This document shows, piece by piece, positions 61,512-64,000 of a stretch of 64,000 nucleotides of DNA (positions are counted from its first letter, which is position 1; each line of letters begins with the position of its first letter). The notes under the pieces were generated by a model, which ran no database searches, was not told where the DNA came from, and saw only the letters and a program-made list of their open reading frames with translations. The position numbers and the translations under genes were made by a program. This DNA is from Methylophilaceae bacterium (GTDB lineage Bacteria; Pseudomonadota; Gammaproteobacteria; Burkholderiales; Methylophilaceae): NCBI GenBank assembly GCA_027485305.1, contig JAIXRI010000001.1, positions 12,231-76,230 of the forward strand. The letters are read 5' to 3'.

Positions 61512-61943
61512 TTAAGACTGGATATCTTTTTGTGAGCGTCTTGGGTATCTTTTTTTCGACAGCCTAAGCAAACAAGGGCCAATGGCGCTGGAGATTTGAT
61601 GCCGATACTTTGCAAAGACGACATAAAACTTTGCGTAGACGAATCTAAACCAAGCAAATGAGAAAAGATAATTCACAAACTTAAGATCTGTTCTTTGATA
61701 AGCTTCTTGAAAAACGCTAGGGCCGCTAATTAAAGAATGACCAATCCTTCCGTGTATCGTTTTCATGGCCAACTCGCAATTAACATCCCCTGATGAGTCA
61801 AGGGTATGCAAGTCAACAAAACATAATAAGCCGCGATGATTGTGATGCTCGAGAAAATTAATTTCAGCAAGGCACAATGGACAGTGGCCATCATAGTAGA
61901 TGGTCAGTTTTTCGGTGATTGTTTTCAGAGATGCTAAGTACAT
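61512..61943 (-). CDS. DUF393 / DCC-family thiol-disulfide oxidoreductase-like protein
   Basis: Signature YYDGHCPLC near the N-terminus. 143 aa. RBS AAGGGA. Its TAA stop abuts the umuC ATG (TAAATG). Confidence 0.8.
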   Translation of the reverse strand: MYLASLKTITEKLTIYYDGHCPLCLAEINFLEHHNHRGLLCFVDLHTLDSSGDVNCELAMKTIHGRIGHSLISGPSVFQEAYQRTDLKFVNYLFSFAWFRFVYAKFYVVFAKYRHQISSAIGPCLLRLSKKRYPRRSQKDIQS

Positions 61944-62021
61944 ATAAAGATCCCTTTAATGTTTTAAATGAGGCGCTCAGATACGCCAACAATATTGACC
62001 TGTTAACTAACGAGGACTACC

Positions 62022-63410
62022 TCAAATATTGATAAGGTCTAAATTATTTTTAGCGATGTGTTTAGCGAGTAAATGATAAGTATCTAAATCAAACGCTAAC
62101 GTTTGTTTTGATGTGCTGAGTGCATATAATTCATCTTCACTTTTTAACGTATCGATATGTCGCCATTGATCAAACACATGCAATTCTGTTTTTTGACTTT
62201 CAGGGCTGTATTCTTTGACAGCGATTCGCCCGTCAAAGGGCCAAGATTTGAATTTGATCGATAGTAGTGCTTGTTGCACTCTCAGATAATGGATGGCAAC
62301 ATCCTCTTTACCCAAGCACACTCCCTTGCAACGTTTAATTTGCGCACCAAAACATGCGCCTTTTCCAGACTCTAAGCCTAAGGCTTTCAGACATAAATGA
62401 TGGGCGTCGGCAATGCTTCTAATGGCTTCGGTGGCATGTCGCTTAGATCTAAATGTGCCGAATAACTGTGCCATATTTTCAGGAATAATGTGATCTTCTC
62501 TCACAAGATTCAGCAAAGGGAACTCCTCTGGATTGGCCGATAAAAACCAAGAGCACAGCTGCCGCTCACGTCTTAACTGACGGTTATGAATCGGCTGTCG
62601 CTCTTTCACCAATCTTGACTCCAGCAAAAGTGCGCCAAACTCTCCTGCTGTTTCTATCCATTCAATATGTTTAATTTCTTGGCTGATCCGCATTTCTTTG
62701 GTGGAACTGTGGTCGCTACTAAAATGCGACATCACCCGCGCCCTAAGATTAACGCTCTTGCCGATATAAAGTGGCAAACTGTTTTCTCCAAAAAACAGAT
62801 AAACACCAGGGGCTTCAGGAATATCATCCATGACATGCTCATCCAACCCAGAAGGCAAACTCGTATTTTTGAAAAGCCCTGCAACGGCTGTCTCTAAGGC
62901 GTCCAATCCTAGCTCATCTTTGGCAAGCGCAATAAACTGTGCCATTACTTCCACATCGCCCATCGCTCGGTGTCGCTGAGTGCAGACAAGATGATGCCGA
63001 TCGATGATTGCACTCAAGCCATGGCTCTTATACTGCGGGTAGAGTTTGCGTGAAAGCTTGACGGTACAAAGTACTTTTTGCTTTAAGGTAATGCCAATGC
63101 GCTTGAATTCTGTTTTTAAAAAACCATGGTCAAACCTCACATTGTGGGCACACATCACGGCACCATCTAAGTAATCCAATAGCTCCCCGGCGACCTTCTC
63201 AAAAGTTGGCGCGTCTGCGACCATTTCGTTAGTAATCCCCGTTAATCCTTGAATGAAATCCGGGATATTCATCTGAGGGTTCACGAGTGTTTGCCAGCGA
63301 TCGACTTCAATGCCATCCTGAAAGCGAATTAATGCGATTTCAGTAATGCGATCCCTCAGTGGTGTGGCCCCGGTGGTTTCAAGGTCAAGTAATACGTAAT
63401 TAGCTAACAT
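62022..63410 (-). CDS. DnaQ-like 3'-5' exonuclease fused to a UvrC/Cho-like GIY-YIG nuclease domain
   Basis: Exo motifs LDLETTG (ExoI), AHNVRFD (ExoII), H..MGDV (ExoIII). These are followed by GIY-YIG (GVYLFF...LYIGKSVNLRARV) and a UvrC-like Cys cluster (CFGAQIKRCKGVC). Confidence 0.85.
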   Translation of the reverse strand: MLANYVLLDLETTGATPLRDRITEIALIRFQDGIEVDRWQTLVNPQMNIPDFIQGLTGITNEMVADAPTFEKVAGELLDYLDGAVMCAHNVRFDHGFLKTEFKRIGITLKQKVLCTVKLSRKLYPQYKSHGLSAIIDRHHLVCTQRHRAMGDVEVMAQFIALAKDELGLDALETAVAGLFKNTSLPSGLDEHVMDDIPEAPGVYLFFGENSLPLYIGKSVNLRARVMSHFSSDHSSTKEMRISQEIKHIEWIETAGEFGALLLESRLVKERQPIHNRQLRRERQLCSWFLSANPEEFPLLNLVREDHIIPENMAQLFGTFRSKRHATEAIRSIADAHHLCLKALGLESGKGACFGAQIKRCKGVCLGKEDVAIHYLRVQQALLSIKFKSWPFDGRIAVKEYSPESQKTELHVFDQWRHIDTLKSEDELYALSTSKQTLAFDLDTYHLLAKHIAKNNLDLINI

Positions 63411-64000
63411 TTAACTCATGACCTCCTTTAATTGTTTGGCAAGCTGCCATGAGGCCGTAAAAGCACTTTCAATTTTCCCGCTGATACACCAGTCACCACA
63501 GCAGGCGACCTGAGATGCGTAATCAATCATCTCCAGTGGCTCGTCTTTTCTGGGAGCATTTGCATATTTCCAGCGTTTAAGCTTAAGGTATGAAGCATCC
63601 TCTAGTTTCTGTCCAACAATCGCTTCTAACGCTAAAAGCATTGCATCCACAATTTCAGATTCTGGCTGATCAAAATTATCCCCAGCCCAATCATTTCTGC
63701 TCAATGCAACCATCGTAAAGGGCTCGCCTCTGTTAGGTTTTGAGCTATTGACTGAAATCCAACTCAATATCGATTTCGATACAAAAGCCGCATCCCAATC
63801 CAACACCTTAGGCGTTTCATACCCTAGCATTAAGGCAAAGCAGGGTTGCATAACCACATCATCGAACTGAGCCTTAAGGCCTAAACTTTCAGGCAATATC
63901 GCTTGCGCTTGCGCGGCAGGAATCGTCACTAACACCCAATCAAAGTCTTCATACTTAGCTTGGGCAGTTCCTATAATCCAATGCGAATTCGGTTTCCTAA
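63411..64000 (-). CDS. NAD(P)/FAD-dependent oxidoreductase (renalase-like); N-terminus lies outside the window
   Basis: The frame stays open upstream of the track GTG (63935) to the window edge (...HWIIGTAQAKYEDFDWVLVTIPAAQA...). C-terminal ...CGDWC... is typical of this amine-oxidase-like family. The stop abuts the next gene's ATG. Confidence 0.65.
   Translation of the reverse strand, partial: RKPNSHWIIGTAQAKYEDFDWVLVTIPAAQAQAILPESLGLKAQFDDVVMQPCFALMLGYETPKVLDWDAAFVSKSILSWISVNSSKPNRGEPFTMVALSRNDWAGDNFDQPESEIVDAMLLALEAIVGQKLEDASYLKLKRWKYANAPRKDEPLEMIDYASQVACCGDWCISGKIESAFTASWQLAKQLKEVMS

Noticed and set aside
1-64000. Search for CRISPR arrays, tandem repeats, IS elements, toxin-antitoxin pairs, retron or defence-system hallmarks, and common ncRNAs (SRP RNA, 6S, tmRNA, riboswitches upstream of thiL, mog, lysC and panD).
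   Set aside because: Visual inspection found no regularly spaced repeats, transposase or integrase ORFs, reverse transcriptase or characteristic RNA motifs. The relevant intergenic spacers are too short for the riboswitches considered. A covariance-model scan (Rfam) would be the decisive check.

Overview
This window reads as a gene-dense, mostly housekeeping chromosomal segment of a Gram-negative bacterium. It is probably a betaproteobacterial methylotroph of the Methylophilaceae type. That placement is an inference from gene order, a PqqA precursor peptide and AT-leaning composition judged by eye, not computed.

Order along the window:
- TSUP-family fragment, cysTWA, ftsYEX
- a proline-rich membrane protein and an MFS transporter, then rpoH
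- ccoS, DUF971-ubiE-ubiJ-ubiB, miaB-phoH-ybeY-corC, lnt
- glyQ (interrupted), glyS, gmhB, plsC, ygjP-like peptidase, an orphan pqqA
- a full cbb3 oxidase cluster on the minus strand: SCO1-ccoNOQP-ccoG-ccoH-ccoI
- ilvE, murI, a PduO-type adenosyltransferase, pcnB-folK-dNK-panBC, panD, rsfS-rlmH
- photolyase, mlaA, pmbA/yjgA, mog, thiL-pgpA-pncC, recA-recX, alaS-lysC
- tRNA-Ser(GCU), tRNA-Arg(ACG), an OmpR-type two-component pair, an OmpA-family porin
- a minus-strand four-gene operon: FAD oxidoreductase, DnaQ-exonuclease/GIY-YIG fusion, DUF393 and a UmuC-like polymerase

I see no CRISPR array, transposase, integrase, prophage or recognisable defence system, and no clear multi-gene block of unknown proteins.

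The most notable items:
1. An in-frame TAG plus two further substitutions inside the most conserved motif of the essential glyQ gene.
2. The UmuD-less umuC operon, which is the best candidate here for an undescribed damage-tolerance module.
3. Two real genes shorter than the ORF-track cutoff: pqqA (23 aa) and ccoQ (55 aa).
4. A FixH/CcoH with an extra three-helix N-terminal membrane domain, and a ccoS detached from ccoGHI.
5. Several candidate regulatory palindromes.

All functional calls rest on motif and family recognition by eye, with no database search.
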